Positions 34,544 to 43,797 of a stretch of DNA of 64,000 nucleotides are shown one piece after another; position 1 is the first letter of the stretch; each line of letters opens with the position of its first letter. The stretch is taken from assembly GCA_965646995.1 (NCBI GenBank), contig CBFGBH010000002.1:5977-69976 (forward strand). Direction: 5' to 3'. The notes below the pieces were generated by a model that was not told the DNA's origin, searched no databases, and saw nothing but the letters and a program-made list of their open reading frames with translations. The position numbers were made by a program, and so were the translations under genes. This DNA comes from Candidatus Onthoplasma sp. (GTDB lineage: Bacteria > Bacillota > Clostridia > Christensenellales > UBA1242).

Positions 34544-35476
34544 TTAAATTATACTTGACGAGGGTCGGTCGCCATTTAACATCTCAAAATATAATTCTTC
34601 AAGTGATTTTTGAATTTTCTTAATATTATAAATTTTCACTTTCTTATAAGTGAGATAAGATATAATTGTAGCGATATTGCTTTCACGAAGTGGAAGAATA
34701 ATAGAAGTGCCTATTACTTTACTATTGATTTTGTATTTTTTTCTCAGTAGTTGAGCTGCGTAGTTAGGGTAGTTGCAGTGGAATTGCACTCGTTGTTGTT
34801 CGGCCAAAGTGTTAGATATCTGCTTCATTGTTTTATGTTCTATAATTCGACCATTACTTATTAATCCTATCACATCACATAGTTGTTCTAATTCTGCTAG
34901 ATTATGGCTTGAGATAATAATTGCCATCTTTTCTTTTTCGGCTAGAATTCGTAATATATTTCTTATTTCAACGATACCATTTGGGTCTAATCCATTTGTT
35001 GGTTCGTCTAGAATTAATAGTTTGGGTTTGTTTAAAAGAGCTTGAGCTATACCTAATCTTTGTTTCATGCCGAGCGAGTAGGTAGACACTTTGTCTTTAA
35101 TGCGGTTTTCCATACCTACTAATTTGACAATTTTATTGATTCTGGCGCTTGCTTTTTTGCCATAAAAATCTGCAAAAAGTTTTAAGTTATTCAACCCTGA
35201 TAGATAAGGGTAGAGCTGCGGCATCTCAATTACAGCACCTACATTTGCAATAGCATATCTAAAATTTCTTTCTATATTGTATCCGCATATCCTTATTTCT
35301 CCACTTGTAATTGGAGTAAGGCCTGTAACCATTCTAATAGTTGTGGATTTTCCTGCTCCGTTTGGGCCTACGAATCCAAAAATTTGTCCTTCGAAAACGG
35401 AAAAAGTGACATTGTTTACCACTTTTTTATTACCATAAACTTTAGTTAAATTCTTAATATTTAGAATGGGTAACAT
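34544..35476 (-). CDS. ABC transporter ATP-binding protein
   Basis: Walker A 'GPNGAGKST', signature 'YSLGMKQRLGIA', Walker B 'LLILDEPTNGLD'. Confidence 0.9.
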   Translation of the reverse strand: MLPILNIKNLTKVYGNKKVVNNVTFSVFEGQIFGFVGPNGAGKSTTIRMVTGLTPITSGEIRICGYNIERNFRYAIANVGAVIEMPQLYPYLSGLNNLKLFADFYGKKASARINKIVKLVGMENRIKDKVSTYSLGMKQRLGIAQALLNKPKLLILDEPTNGLDPNGIVEIRNILRILAEKEKMAIIISSHNLAELEQLCDVIGLISNGRIIEHKTMKQISNTLAEQQRVQFHCNYPNYAAQLLRKKYKINSKVIGTSIILPLRESNIATIISYLTYKKVKIYNIKKIQKSLEELYFEMLNGDRPSSSII

Positions 35477-35484
35477 ATTGCTCC

Positions 35485-36708
35485 TTATATTCTATTTTTT
35501 ATTTTTATTAAAAATAAATATGTAAATAATAAATCTACTAACAGTGAAACGCTTAGTAATACAACTGCATACAAATTGGCGTAATTATTAACAGCAAACA
35601 TAGATGAAATGGTATTTTTACCTATGCAAATATTTATAATGAATAAAACTAATAAAATTATTATTTCAGAACAAGCGACAATAATACTGCGTTTTTTTAA
35701 GTTGATTTTGTGTGGCAACTTAACTAATTTAAGTCTAATTTTTTGATAATAAAAAGCGTAAATAGAAGGGTAGAATATCATTACAATAAGACCTAGGGTT
35801 AAAGATATATAATATAGTGTAGTCTTTCCTGTGAAATTAGTTACTATTCCATTGATTATCAGCATTAATAAAATGTATGCACTTGTTGACAAAATCTTAA
35901 ATAAAATATTTTTAGCGGTAATTTTGGCTTGAATATAATTTTGGTCTATTCGTAAGTCTTTATAATCTACATGTTTTATTGAATCGTATTCTAGAGAAGA
36001 AGGCTGTAGATTATGATTCTTTTTTAGCTTTGTTTCATTTGAATCGTAAATTGCTTTTAATTGGTCTTTATACTCGCTAGATAAAATGTTATTTGAATGT
36101 TCTGTAAATTTAGCTACATTTTCATTGCAGGCAAAAGTTTCATCTGTTTTGGTTTTCTCATCTTTTAATAATTCGGTATTAGTTTTGTTTATTTCTACTT
36201 CAGTTATAGTATCTATAGATTTGTTTGCAAAGACTTCATTACTAGGCAAAACGCTTTCTTTTTGAGCAATTGTTGAGTCGTCTTTTTCTTGTGATAACAT
36301 ATCAAAAATAGAATAGTTATCATTTTCGATTGATTTTTTGCTTTGTTTAGGCTGCATCATTGTTTCCACATGTGCACTAATATTGTTTGTATCGTTTGAC
36401 ATCATGTCAGTATTATCATTCATTATATTTTGTATTAGAGTCTCAAAAGAAGGGAGTGTAGCTACTTGCTGTCTTCCGTTTGAGGTTAATTTATAATAAT
36501 GGCGTTTGCCTCCAATCTCGCTATCTTGCCAATAAGATGTGATAAAACGAGATTTTTCTAATTTTTTCAATATAGTATATAGGGTAGGCTGTTTAATTAT
36601 AATTTTACCTTTAGAACGGCTTTCTAACGACTTGATTAAGTCTAGTCCGTATTTGTCTTCTGAGCTTAATTCTAGTAGAATTAGTGGAATTAAATCTACA
36701 GTTTTCAT
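35485..36708 (-). CDS. PadR-family transcriptional regulator fused to a C-terminal membrane domain
   Basis: wHTH 'YGLDLIKSLE...QPTLYTILKKLEKSRFITSYW...KRHYYKLT', then four TM helices. Confidence 0.75.
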   Translation of the reverse strand: MKTVDLIPLILLELSSEDKYGLDLIKSLESRSKGKIIIKQPTLYTILKKLEKSRFITSYWQDSEIGGKRHYYKLTSNGRQQVATLPSFETLIQNIMNDNTDMMSNDTNNISAHVETMMQPKQSKKSIENDNYSIFDMLSQEKDDSTIAQKESVLPSNEVFANKSIDTITEVEINKTNTELLKDEKTKTDETFACNENVAKFTEHSNNILSSEYKDQLKAIYDSNETKLKKNHNLQPSSLEYDSIKHVDYKDLRIDQNYIQAKITAKNILFKILSTSAYILLMLIINGIVTNFTGKTTLYYISLTLGLIVMIFYPSIYAFYYQKIRLKLVKLPHKINLKKRSIIVACSEIIILLVLFIINICIGKNTISSMFAVNNYANLYAVVLLSVSLLVDLLFTYLFLIKIKNRI

Positions 36709-36802
36709 ATGTCCCCTTTAAATAAATATATAATAAATTATATATTAAAATTGTTTATTAGTCAAATAAAAAAAGACAATTTTCATATTGTCTTGATATT
36801 TA

Positions 36803-37390
36803 TTAGAATTTATTTCTTATTAAGCCTACAACTTTGCCTAAAATCTCTAAATGGTCTGTAATAATTGGTCGCATATATGAGTTTTCTGGCTGTAATCTAA
36901 AATAGCCATTTTCTTTATAAAATCGTTTAACGGTGGCTTCATTATCTATTAAACAAGCCACAATTTCTCCATTATTGGCTATAGATTGCTTTGATATTAT
37001 TACATAATCATCGTTGTATATGCCGATGTTAATCATACTATCACCTTTTACCTTTAAGATAAACATGTTAGTACCGGAAAATAAATTGTCAGAAACCATA
37101 ATTTTGTCAGAAATATTTTCTTCGGCGAGTATAGGAGTACCGGCTGCGATGGTGCCAACAATTGGAAGCGATATGTTATTGGCATATGATTTATCAGATA
37201 ATTCTATCGCTCGATTTTTAAATTCGTTTCTATTAATTTTTCCTAATTTTTCTAGTTTCTTTAGATGATATGCTACGGTGGAGGTCGATGCGATGTTTAG
37301 TTTGTCGCAGAGTTCTCGCACAGTAGGGGGGTAGCCCTTATTTTCGATATTAGAAACTATCATATCATAAGTTTCTTGTGTCTTGTCCAT
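36803..37390 (-). CDS. lexA: LexA repressor
   Basis: 'GYPPTVRELCDKL..STSTVAYHLKKLE' HTH and S24 peptidase 'VKGDSM'. Confidence 0.9.
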   Translation of the reverse strand: MDKTQETYDMIVSNIENKGYPPTVRELCDKLNIASTSTVAYHLKKLEKLGKINRNEFKNRAIELSDKSYANNISLPIVGTIAAGTPILAEENISDKIMVSDNLFSGTNMFILKVKGDSMINIGIYNDDYVIISKQSIANNGEIVACLIDNEATVKRFYKENGYFRLQPENSYMRPIITDHLEILGKVVGLIRNKF

Positions 37391-37407
37391 ATAATTCTCC
37401 TAAATCA

Positions 37408-37436
37408 AATATAGCACATTTAAAAGAACTTGTCAA
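37408..37436 (-). promoter_or_regulatory. lexA promoter
   Basis: Minus strand reads TTGACA, 17-nt spacer, TATATT. Confidence 0.6.
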
Positions 37437-37447
37437 ACATTTGTTCG
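37434..37447 (-). promoter_or_regulatory. SOS (Cheo) box
   Basis: Minus strand reads CGAACAAATGTTTG. This has one mismatch to GAAC-N4-GTTC and overlaps the -35 of the lexA promoter. Confidence 0.65.
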
Positions 37448-37514
37448 ATAAATTGTTATTTCATTAAAAACTAATTAATAAACTACATATTGGGTGTTAT
37501 ATGTGAATAATACA

Positions 37515-38561
37515 CTATATTTTATCAATTTTTACTTTGCCGGCAACAGATTTTCTAATATCATCACTAATAGCAGCATAATGTTTTTTAGTAGTGTTAA
37601 CATCTTTATGTCCTAGAACTTCTGCGACTATATATATATCATTTGTGGCGTTATAAAGATTTGTACCATATGTTGAGCGTAATTTATGTGGAGTAATATG
37701 TTTCAATGGAGTGGCTATTTTAGCATATTTTTTCACTAAATATTGTATAGTTCTGACCATCATACGTTTACCTTGACTCGATATAAACAAAGCTCGCTCT
37801 TCTTTTGGTAAATTCAAAGTATCTCGATATCTTAAGTAGTCTTTAAGTGTATCTGCCGTCTCTTCGCCGAAATATAATATTACCTGATTGCCACCTTTCC
37901 TAGTTACTCTAAATGAATTAAGATTAAAATTAATATCATCAATATTTAATCCGACGCATTCACTTACACGTATACCAGTTGTTAAAAATAATGACAATAT
38001 CGCATTATCACGAACTTTAAATTTTTCATTATATTTTTTTTGATGTTCGCCAAACCCGGACAATGTATTGCAAGAATACATGAGTTCAGTGGTCTCTTGT
38101 GGTTCTAGTCTGATTATTGGTTTTTCGTGTAATTTGGGACTAGCTACTTTACTTGCCACATTGGCTCTCAACATATCTTTATTAAAAAAGTATTTAAAGA
38201 AAGCACGAAGAGTAGATAGTTTTCTTAATTTGCCACGCTCACCATTACTGAATATCTCTCCTGAGTCCTTATCATAATAAGAAAGATATGACATGAATCG
38301 CTCAATCAGTCTGGAATCAATCTTATCAATATCGCTAAGACTGATGGTTTTTAATTCTCTTCCCATAAAAATTTCTTCATACGTTATTAGATAATTAAAA
38401 AATGTTTTAAGGTCAATAGCGTAATTAAGTCGTGTAAGAGGAGTAGTAGTGTCCTGAATGCCGATGAAAAATATACTACAAAATGCCGGTAATTCGCCGA
38501 GTATTTCATTTAATTTCTTCATGTTATTACGATTTCTATCTAAATAGTAATTATTACTCAT
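37515..38561 (-). CDS. Tyrosine recombinase (Xer/phage-integrase family; long N-terminal domain, XerS-like layout)
   Basis: 'TGIRVSE' (Arg I), 'VTRKGG', 'HKLRSTYGT' (HxxR) and 'LGHKDVNTTKKHY' (catalytic Tyr). Confidence 0.85.
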   Translation of the reverse strand: MSNNYYLDRNRNNMKKLNEILGELPAFCSIFFIGIQDTTTPLTRLNYAIDLKTFFNYLITYEEIFMGRELKTISLSDIDKIDSRLIERFMSYLSYYDKDSGEIFSNGERGKLRKLSTLRAFFKYFFNKDMLRANVASKVASPKLHEKPIIRLEPQETTELMYSCNTLSGFGEHQKKYNEKFKVRDNAILSLFLTTGIRVSECVGLNIDDINFNLNSFRVTRKGGNQVILYFGEETADTLKDYLRYRDTLNLPKEERALFISSQGKRMMVRTIQYLVKKYAKIATPLKHITPHKLRSTYGTNLYNATNDIYIVAEVLGHKDVNTTKKHYAAISDDIRKSVAGKVKIDKI

Positions 38562-38573
38562 ACAAATATTATA

Positions 38574-38591
38574 CTATATCTTTGCGTAAAA
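38574..38591 (+). repeat. Arm copy 1 of the TATCTTTGCGTAAAA motif
   Basis: CTATATCTTTGCGTAAAA lies 12 nt upstream of the recombinase start codon. After a 9-nt gap comes TTTTAC, the first 6 nt of the complementary arm. Confidence 0.85.
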
Positions 38592-38681
38592 CACAAATAT
38601 TTTTACTATAAACGAAAAAATATTACATGTTACTTGACAAAATCTTTTTTTCATTAGTAATTATAATAGAGGTGAAAAATA

Positions 38682-39239
38682 TGGTACAAGATTTAGGAAA
38701 GTGGGCATTTAACGATATAACTGACGAAGATTGGTACTCAATAGCTGAAGTTTTAGAGAATGAATATGTAACATGAACGGAGTTAAGAAGTGCGTATGAA
38801 AAGTAACTGAGAAAGAGAATACCTATGTGATATATGGAGAGCAAGTTAAAGGCGTTAAGAATGCAAGCGATGAGGGATATGGTTTACTTGCTATTGTTAA
38901 AGTTATAAACAATTATGATTTTTCAGTGAGTACAAATCCAGATAAAGAAGAGCTTTTTATAGACACTTTACTTAAATATTTAATTAAAAATTGTAAACTA
39001 GTTGATTACGATGAAGAATTTACTAGTTATCAATATGATAAGATTAATACTAAAGCGAAGAAAGCTGCAGAGGAATCAGTTAAAAAATTACGTATAATTG
39101 AAAATGAAAAATCTAACAAAGTAAAAGAATCTTTATTAAGGAAAACATACGAATTTTGACCGAAGAGTATAAAAAACTAAATGAAAAAGTTTACAAATTA
39201 TATGAAGAGGTTCATTCTGAAGAAAATAATACTCTTTAA
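38682..39239 (+). pseudogene. Fragmented ORF of unknown function (multiple frame breaks)
   Basis: GAGGTG RBS plus ATG opens a 31-codon ORF. Coding-like sequence continues in other frames (track ORF 38827-39159, then 'LTEEYKKLNEKVYKLYEEVHSEENNTL'). Confidence 0.45.
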
Positions 39240-39304
39240 TTCATGTATATTTAAAACAATATGAATTAATAGATGCTGTAGTTAGAAATTATATCAAAAA
39301 TTTG

Positions 39305-39333
39305 TTGACAAAAAATATGTTATTTTATATAAT
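39305..39333 (+). promoter_or_regulatory. Consensus sigma-A promoter of the serS leader
   Basis: TTGACA, 17-nt spacer, TATAAT. Confidence 0.7.
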
Positions 39334-39339
39334 AAAAAT

Positions 39340-39585
39340 AGTTTAATATATCGTTGATTTGGACTAGTACATTTCTAAAGTATCAGAGAGTTTGCGGTTG
39401 GTGAAAGCAAATTATGGAAGTTATGTACGTCTACCCAAGGAGATACCTGTGAAAATAGGGCTGATTGCATAGCAAAATTTGCAATTAATGAGTGGAATGA
39501 TTTAATTCATTCAAAATAGAGTGGCACAGTGGTAAATATCACCTCTATATTAGTTTTTGTAACTATATATGAGGTGTTTTTTATT
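39340..39585 (+). promoter_or_regulatory. T-box riboswitch leader (Ser)
   Basis: Stem I 'AGAGAG..GGTGAAAGC'. T-box-like 'AAATAGAGTGGCACAGTGG', whose UGGC would pair with the GCCA end of tRNA-Ser. Terminator CACCTCTATAT/ATATATGAGGTG plus T6. The possible UCU specifier is tentative. Confidence 0.75.
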
Positions 39586-39627
39586 TTAGATACCTTGTAT
39601 ATAGTAAATATATTATAAGGAGACAAT

Positions 39628-40920
39628 ATGATAGATATTAGTTTTTTAAGAAATAATCCAGAGATAGTCAAGGAAAATATTAAAAAGAAATTCCAAGACC
39701 ATAAGCTTCATTTAGTAGACGAAGTTATTGTTATGGATGTAAAAGTGCGAGCCTTAAAACAAGAAGGCGATGATTTGCGTGCTAAGCGTAATACTTTGTC
39801 TGGACAAATCGGAATATTAATGAAGAACAAACAAATAGATGAAGCAAATAAAATTAAAGCCGAAGTAGTTAAGAATAATGAACGTATTACGGCAATAGAA
39901 GCCGATGTAGCTGAGTTAGATTCAAAAATTAAGCAGGCTATGATGGCTATACCTAATATAATAGCTGACAATGTTCCTATTGGCGAAGATGATAGTAAGA
40001 ATGTTCAAAGACTTACTGTGGGACAAGCGAAAAAATCAGATTTTGACATACCATATCATGCTGATATATTAGAATCATTAATGGGATTAGATTTAGATAG
40101 TGCTAGACGAACTAGTGGTAATGGTTTTTATTATCTAACTGGGGATGTAGCAAGATTACATTCTGCGATTTTATCATATTCACGCGATTTCATGATAGAT
40201 AGAGGGTTTACTTATTGTATACCACCATTTATGATACATGGAGATGTTGTTAATGGTGTCATGAGCTTTGAAGAGATGGATAATATGATGTATAAAATTG
40301 AAGGCGAGGACTTATATCTTATAGGTACAAGTGAACATTCTATGATTGGACGATTTAAAGGTACAATTTTGAAAGAATCAGACCTTCCATTATGTTTGAC
40401 TTCATATTCGCCATGCTTTAGAAAAGAAGTTGGTGCTCATGGACTCGAGGAAAGAGGTATCTATAGAGTGCATCAGTTCGAAAAGCAAGAGATGATAGTC
40501 ATCTGTAAACCAGAAGATTCTATGAAATGGTATGATAAAATGTGGCAGATATCTTCAGATTTCTTTAAATCATTAGATATACCACACGAAGTAATGGAAT
40601 GCTGTAGCGGAGATTTGGCAGACCTTAAGGTAAAATCTTGTGATATTAATGCTTGGAGTCCTAGACAAAATAAATATTTTGGAGAGCTGGGTTCTTGCTC
40701 AAATTTAACAGACGCGCAGGCTCGTAGATTAGGTATTAGATATAAGACTGAGAAGGGTACAGTACTAGCGCATACATTGAATAATACTGTAGTGGCACCT
40801 CCTAGAATGCTGATTGCATTTCTTGAAAATAATTTGAATGAAGATGGTAGCGTAAATATTCCTATTGCTTTAAGGCCATATATGGGCGGAAAAGAGAAAA
40901 TAGAGAAGAAAAAGGTGTAA
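39628..40920 (+). CDS. serS: Seryl-tRNA synthetase
   Basis: N-terminal coiled-coil arm and class II motifs 'FRKEVGAHG' and 'GELGSCSN'. GGAG RBS. Confidence 0.9.
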   Translation: MIDISFLRNNPEIVKENIKKKFQDHKLHLVDEVIVMDVKVRALKQEGDDLRAKRNTLSGQIGILMKNKQIDEANKIKAEVVKNNERITAIEADVAELDSKIKQAMMAIPNIIADNVPIGEDDSKNVQRLTVGQAKKSDFDIPYHADILESLMGLDLDSARRTSGNGFYYLTGDVARLHSAILSYSRDFMIDRGFTYCIPPFMIHGDVVNGVMSFEEMDNMMYKIEGEDLYLIGTSEHSMIGRFKGTILKESDLPLCLTSYSPCFRKEVGAHGLEERGIYRVHQFEKQEMIVICKPEDSMKWYDKMWQISSDFFKSLDIPHEVMECCSGDLADLKVKSCDINAWSPRQNKYFGELGSCSNLTDAQARRLGIRYKTEKGTVLAHTLNNTVVAPPRMLIAFLENNLNEDGSVNIPIALRPYMGGKEKIEKKKV

Positions 40921-40991
40921 TCATCTTTTTCTTTTTATATTGACAAAGTGGGCTTCATATGCTGTATTACCAATGATATTAGGAGAAATTT

Positions 40992-41138
40992 ATGACTAAA
41001 GAACAACATAAGCTTTTGTATAAAACTGACATTAATAATATTACTGCAAAAGATGTAAAAAATTTTATGCCGTATATTAAAAAGAGAATACTTAAAATTA
41101 AAACTCATAAAAAATTTTCGACGATAACATTAGTATAA
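40992..41138 (+). CDS. Possible 48-aa basic small protein
   Basis: AGGAG RBS 7 nt upstream of the ATG. Ends 10 nt before a strong terminator. Too short for the ORF track. Confidence 0.3.
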   Translation: MTKEQHKLLYKTDINNITAKDVKNFMPYIKKRILKIKTHKKFSTITLV

Positions 41139-41148
41139 TTTAAAGTTT

Positions 41149-41180
41149 AAAATCTGTGACAAATCCTGACAGATTTTTTT
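41149..41180 (+). terminator. Rho-independent terminator of the serS unit
   Basis: AATCTGT/ACAGATT stem followed by a T7 run. Confidence 0.75.
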
Positions 41181-41196
41181 GATTGCAATGTTGGTT

Positions 41197-41214
41197 TTTT
41201 ACGCAAAGATATAG
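41197..41214 (-). repeat. Arm copy 2 (exact reverse complement of copy 1)
   Basis: TTTTACGCAAAGATATAG is the reverse complement of CTATATCTTTGCGTAAAA (18/18). Confidence 0.9.
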
Positions 41215-41518
41215 AATCGTGATAATTAGTTAAAATTTTCTTAAAAGTGACATGTAATGCTGTCTTTTAATTTTTAATGCTGTAATATATCAGTAAAAGG
41301 GCATTCTAAAATGCTCCTAGACGCATTGGACAAAAAATAAATGAGTAATTGTTCATCTAAAATAATATAAATTTATCACAGACTAAAACATATTTTGTAT
41401 TTTTTAAGCTGTGGATTAAAATATGCGACTTATGTCTAATTTTAGTCAAACATGCGTTATTAGAAAGTTTCTGTGGATAAAATACGGCATTTCCACAGGA
41501 TTTTTATCAACTTTTTAA

Positions 41519-41556
41519 TTATCTTTGCGTAAAAGTGTTGTTTTACGCAAAGATAA
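41519..41556. repeat. Perfect 16-6-16 palindrome built from arm copies 3 and 4 (candidate tyrosine-recombinase core site)
   Basis: TTATCTTTGCGTAAAA GTGTTG TTTTACGCAAAGATAA. No U-rich tail on either strand. Confidence 0.6.
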
Positions 41557-41646
41557 ATTTATAGCTTTGCACTCTGCCCTAGAGTTATACACATCTGCAA
41601 AAATAAAAAATCACACTAATTATAGTGCGATTTTATAAAACATACT

Positions 41647-42891
41647 CTACTCTATTATGCTTAATACTGCATTGATTAAACCTATTTTTCCATGTTGATA
41701 GGTTAAGCAACCTTGTAGGTATCCGGCATAAGGTTCTCGCATAGGGCCATCACAACTTAGTTCTATACTGCTACCTTGATTGAAACTACCGCTGGCCATG
41801 ATGATTAAATCTTCATAACCATCCATCTCCCCCGCTTCAAGTGTTGAGTCGCTATCTATAGCACTAGAAGCTTGTATAGCTCGAGTAAATTTGATAAGTT
41901 TCTCTTTATCATTGAATTTGATACATAGTACAATATCAGATATCGGCTCATTAATATTTGGGACTGTATCATACCCTACTTTATTCAAAACTACGCGTGA
42001 TAAAGCAACTAATTTTTTTGCTTGAGCGACCACATGAGGTGATATAAATAAACCTTCAAAAAACGACTTATAACCCAGTTCATATGACCCAGTATCTACA
42101 CCTAGTGCAGGACTAGTCATTTTATATGAAATTAATTCAACCAATTCTTTTTTTCCGGCTATATATCCTCCTGTCGGAGCTATACCTCCTCCCATATTCT
42201 TTAGTAGCGAACCGATAACTAAATCAGCTCCCACATCTGTAGGTTCTCGAGTTTCTGTAAACTCTCCATAACAATTATCGACTACAATGTATGAATGTTT
42301 ATTATAACTGCGTATATCTTTTATGATTGAAGCAATTTCATCAATAGTCAATGAATTGCGCAATGAGTATCCTCTCGAACGTTGAATATATATAATCTTC
42401 GGATTATGCATTAAAATATTATCTTTGATTTTTTTATTATCAAATCTACCATTAATTAAATCTACTTCGTAATATTTTATATTGTAATCTTTTAACGAAC
42501 CAACATCCCTATTCTCTACCCCATATATAACTTGCTTAAGAGTATCATATGGTGTACCAGAGATACAAAGCATATTGTCATTTGGCCTTAATATGCCTAG
42601 TAAAGATTGGCTGATAGCTTCTGTACCACAACTTATTAATGGGCTTACAAAAGCAGATTCGGTATTAAAAATACTAGAAAATAATTCACATATCTTATCT
42701 TTGCCAATATCGTTATGCCCATATCCACTACTGCCAATAAAATGGCGTGACTGAACATGATTTTCGTTAAAAGCGTTCAGTACTTTTAATTGGTTCTCAA
42801 ATTCAATAGTTTCAATCTCGTGAAAAATATCAGAACATTCTAATTCTGATTCATTAACTAATTCTACTATTTTTCTTTTTAGTTCTATCAT
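41647..42891 (-). CDS. YnbB-like PLP-dependent protein (methionine gamma-lyase / aluminium-resistance family)
   Basis: 'HFIGSSGYGHNDIGKD' N-terminal block is typical of the family. Lies downstream of miaA, as in Bacillus-type synteny. Confidence 0.7.
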   Translation of the reverse strand: MIELKRKIVELVNESELECSDIFHEIETIEFENQLKVLNAFNENHVQSRHFIGSSGYGHNDIGKDKICELFSSIFNTESAFVSPLISCGTEAISQSLLGILRPNDNMLCISGTPYDTLKQVIYGVENRDVGSLKDYNIKYYEVDLINGRFDNKKIKDNILMHNPKIIYIQRSRGYSLRNSLTIDEIASIIKDIRSYNKHSYIVVDNCYGEFTETREPTDVGADLVIGSLLKNMGGGIAPTGGYIAGKKELVELISYKMTSPALGVDTGSYELGYKSFFEGLFISPHVVAQAKKLVALSRVVLNKVGYDTVPNINEPISDIVLCIKFNDKEKLIKFTRAIQASSAIDSDSTLEAGEMDGYEDLIIMASGSFNQGSSIELSCDGPMREPYAGYLQGCLTYQHGKIGLINAVLSIIE

Positions 42892-43797
42892 TTATTCTCC
42901 ATCATTATTTAGAAAAGATTCTATATACTTTTTGGCTGAATTTAGAGTGCATAGATTAATATTATTTATCGTTTTTAAAAATGTGAGTTGGCGTTTACAA
43001 TAATTTCTAGTATGTTGTTTGATTAATGCAACAGTCTCTTCTCTAGTTGCTTTGCCATCTAGATAATCAAACCATTCTTTATAACCAATAGAGTTCATTG
43101 ATTGATTTTCTCTACTCGCCCCACATTTTATTAAATGTCTAACTTCTGTCTCTAATCCATTTGACAACATTTCATCTACTCTACCATTTATTCTAGCATA
43201 TATTTGCTCGCGTTCATCAATTATGCCGACGCAACAAATATTGTAGTTATCTAATATGGATAATTTATTTTCCTTTTGCTCTTTTGAATTTTCTTCAATT
43301 TCTAGATATCTGATTACTCTTTTTAAGTTATTGAAATGAACAGTTTTGGCTTTATCTGGATTGATTTCATTTAAGACAGCCCATACATATTCATTTCCAT
43401 GTATTTTAGCCAAATTCTGATATTTGTCTCGCAAATCATTATCTTTTTCGGCGTTCCCAAAAGTATATCCATCTAACAATGCTTTAATATAAAGACCTGT
43501 CCCACCTACTATAATGGGTAATTTGCCTTTTGAGATAATATTAGTAATTGCGATTTCGCAATCATGCAGAAATTCACCGACGCTATAGGTTTCATTAAAT
43601 TCTTTTATATTGATTAAATGATGTTTGATTTTAGCCATAATTTTGTATGACTCTTTAGCACTACCGATATCTAAACCTTTATATATTTGTACACTATCGG
43701 CAGATATTATTTCTCCATTGTTTTTTTTAGCTATATCAATAGCTAAGCTACTCTTTCCACTACAGGTTAGTCCCGTAATAATTACTAATTTTTTCAT
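42892..43797 (-). CDS. miaA: tRNA dimethylallyltransferase
   Basis: P-loop 'GLTCSGKS' and 'SADSVQIYKGLDIGSAK'. I prefer the ATG at 43797 (ATGA overlap with the mutL stop) over the track start at 43815. Confidence 0.9.
   Translation of the reverse strand: MKKLVIITGLTCSGKSSLAIDIAKKNNGEIISADSVQIYKGLDIGSAKESYKIMAKIKHHLINIKEFNETYSVGEFLHDCEIAITNIISKGKLPIIVGGTGLYIKALLDGYTFGNAEKDNDLRDKYQNLAKIHGNEYVWAVLNEINPDKAKTVHFNNLKRVIRYLEIEENSKEQKENKLSILDNYNICCVGIIDEREQIYARINGRVDEMLSNGLETEVRHLIKCGASRENQSMNSIGYKEWFDYLDGKATREETVALIKQHTRNYCKRQLTFLKTINNINLCTLNSAKKYIESFLNNDGE

Noticed and set aside
41370-41500. DnaA-box-like cluster: a perfect TGTGGATAA at 41472-41480, TGTGGATTA at 41410-41418 and TTTCCACA at about 41489-41497. 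This could suggest an origin of replication.
   Set aside because: Gene orientation around the window converges (terminus-like) rather than diverges, and there is no dnaA/dnaN. In a genome this AT-rich, roughly one perfect box per 64 kb is expected by chance. Two of the boxes simply form the arms of a CTGTGGA…TCCACAG hairpin. It may still be a minor DnaA-binding cluster, but oriC is not supported.
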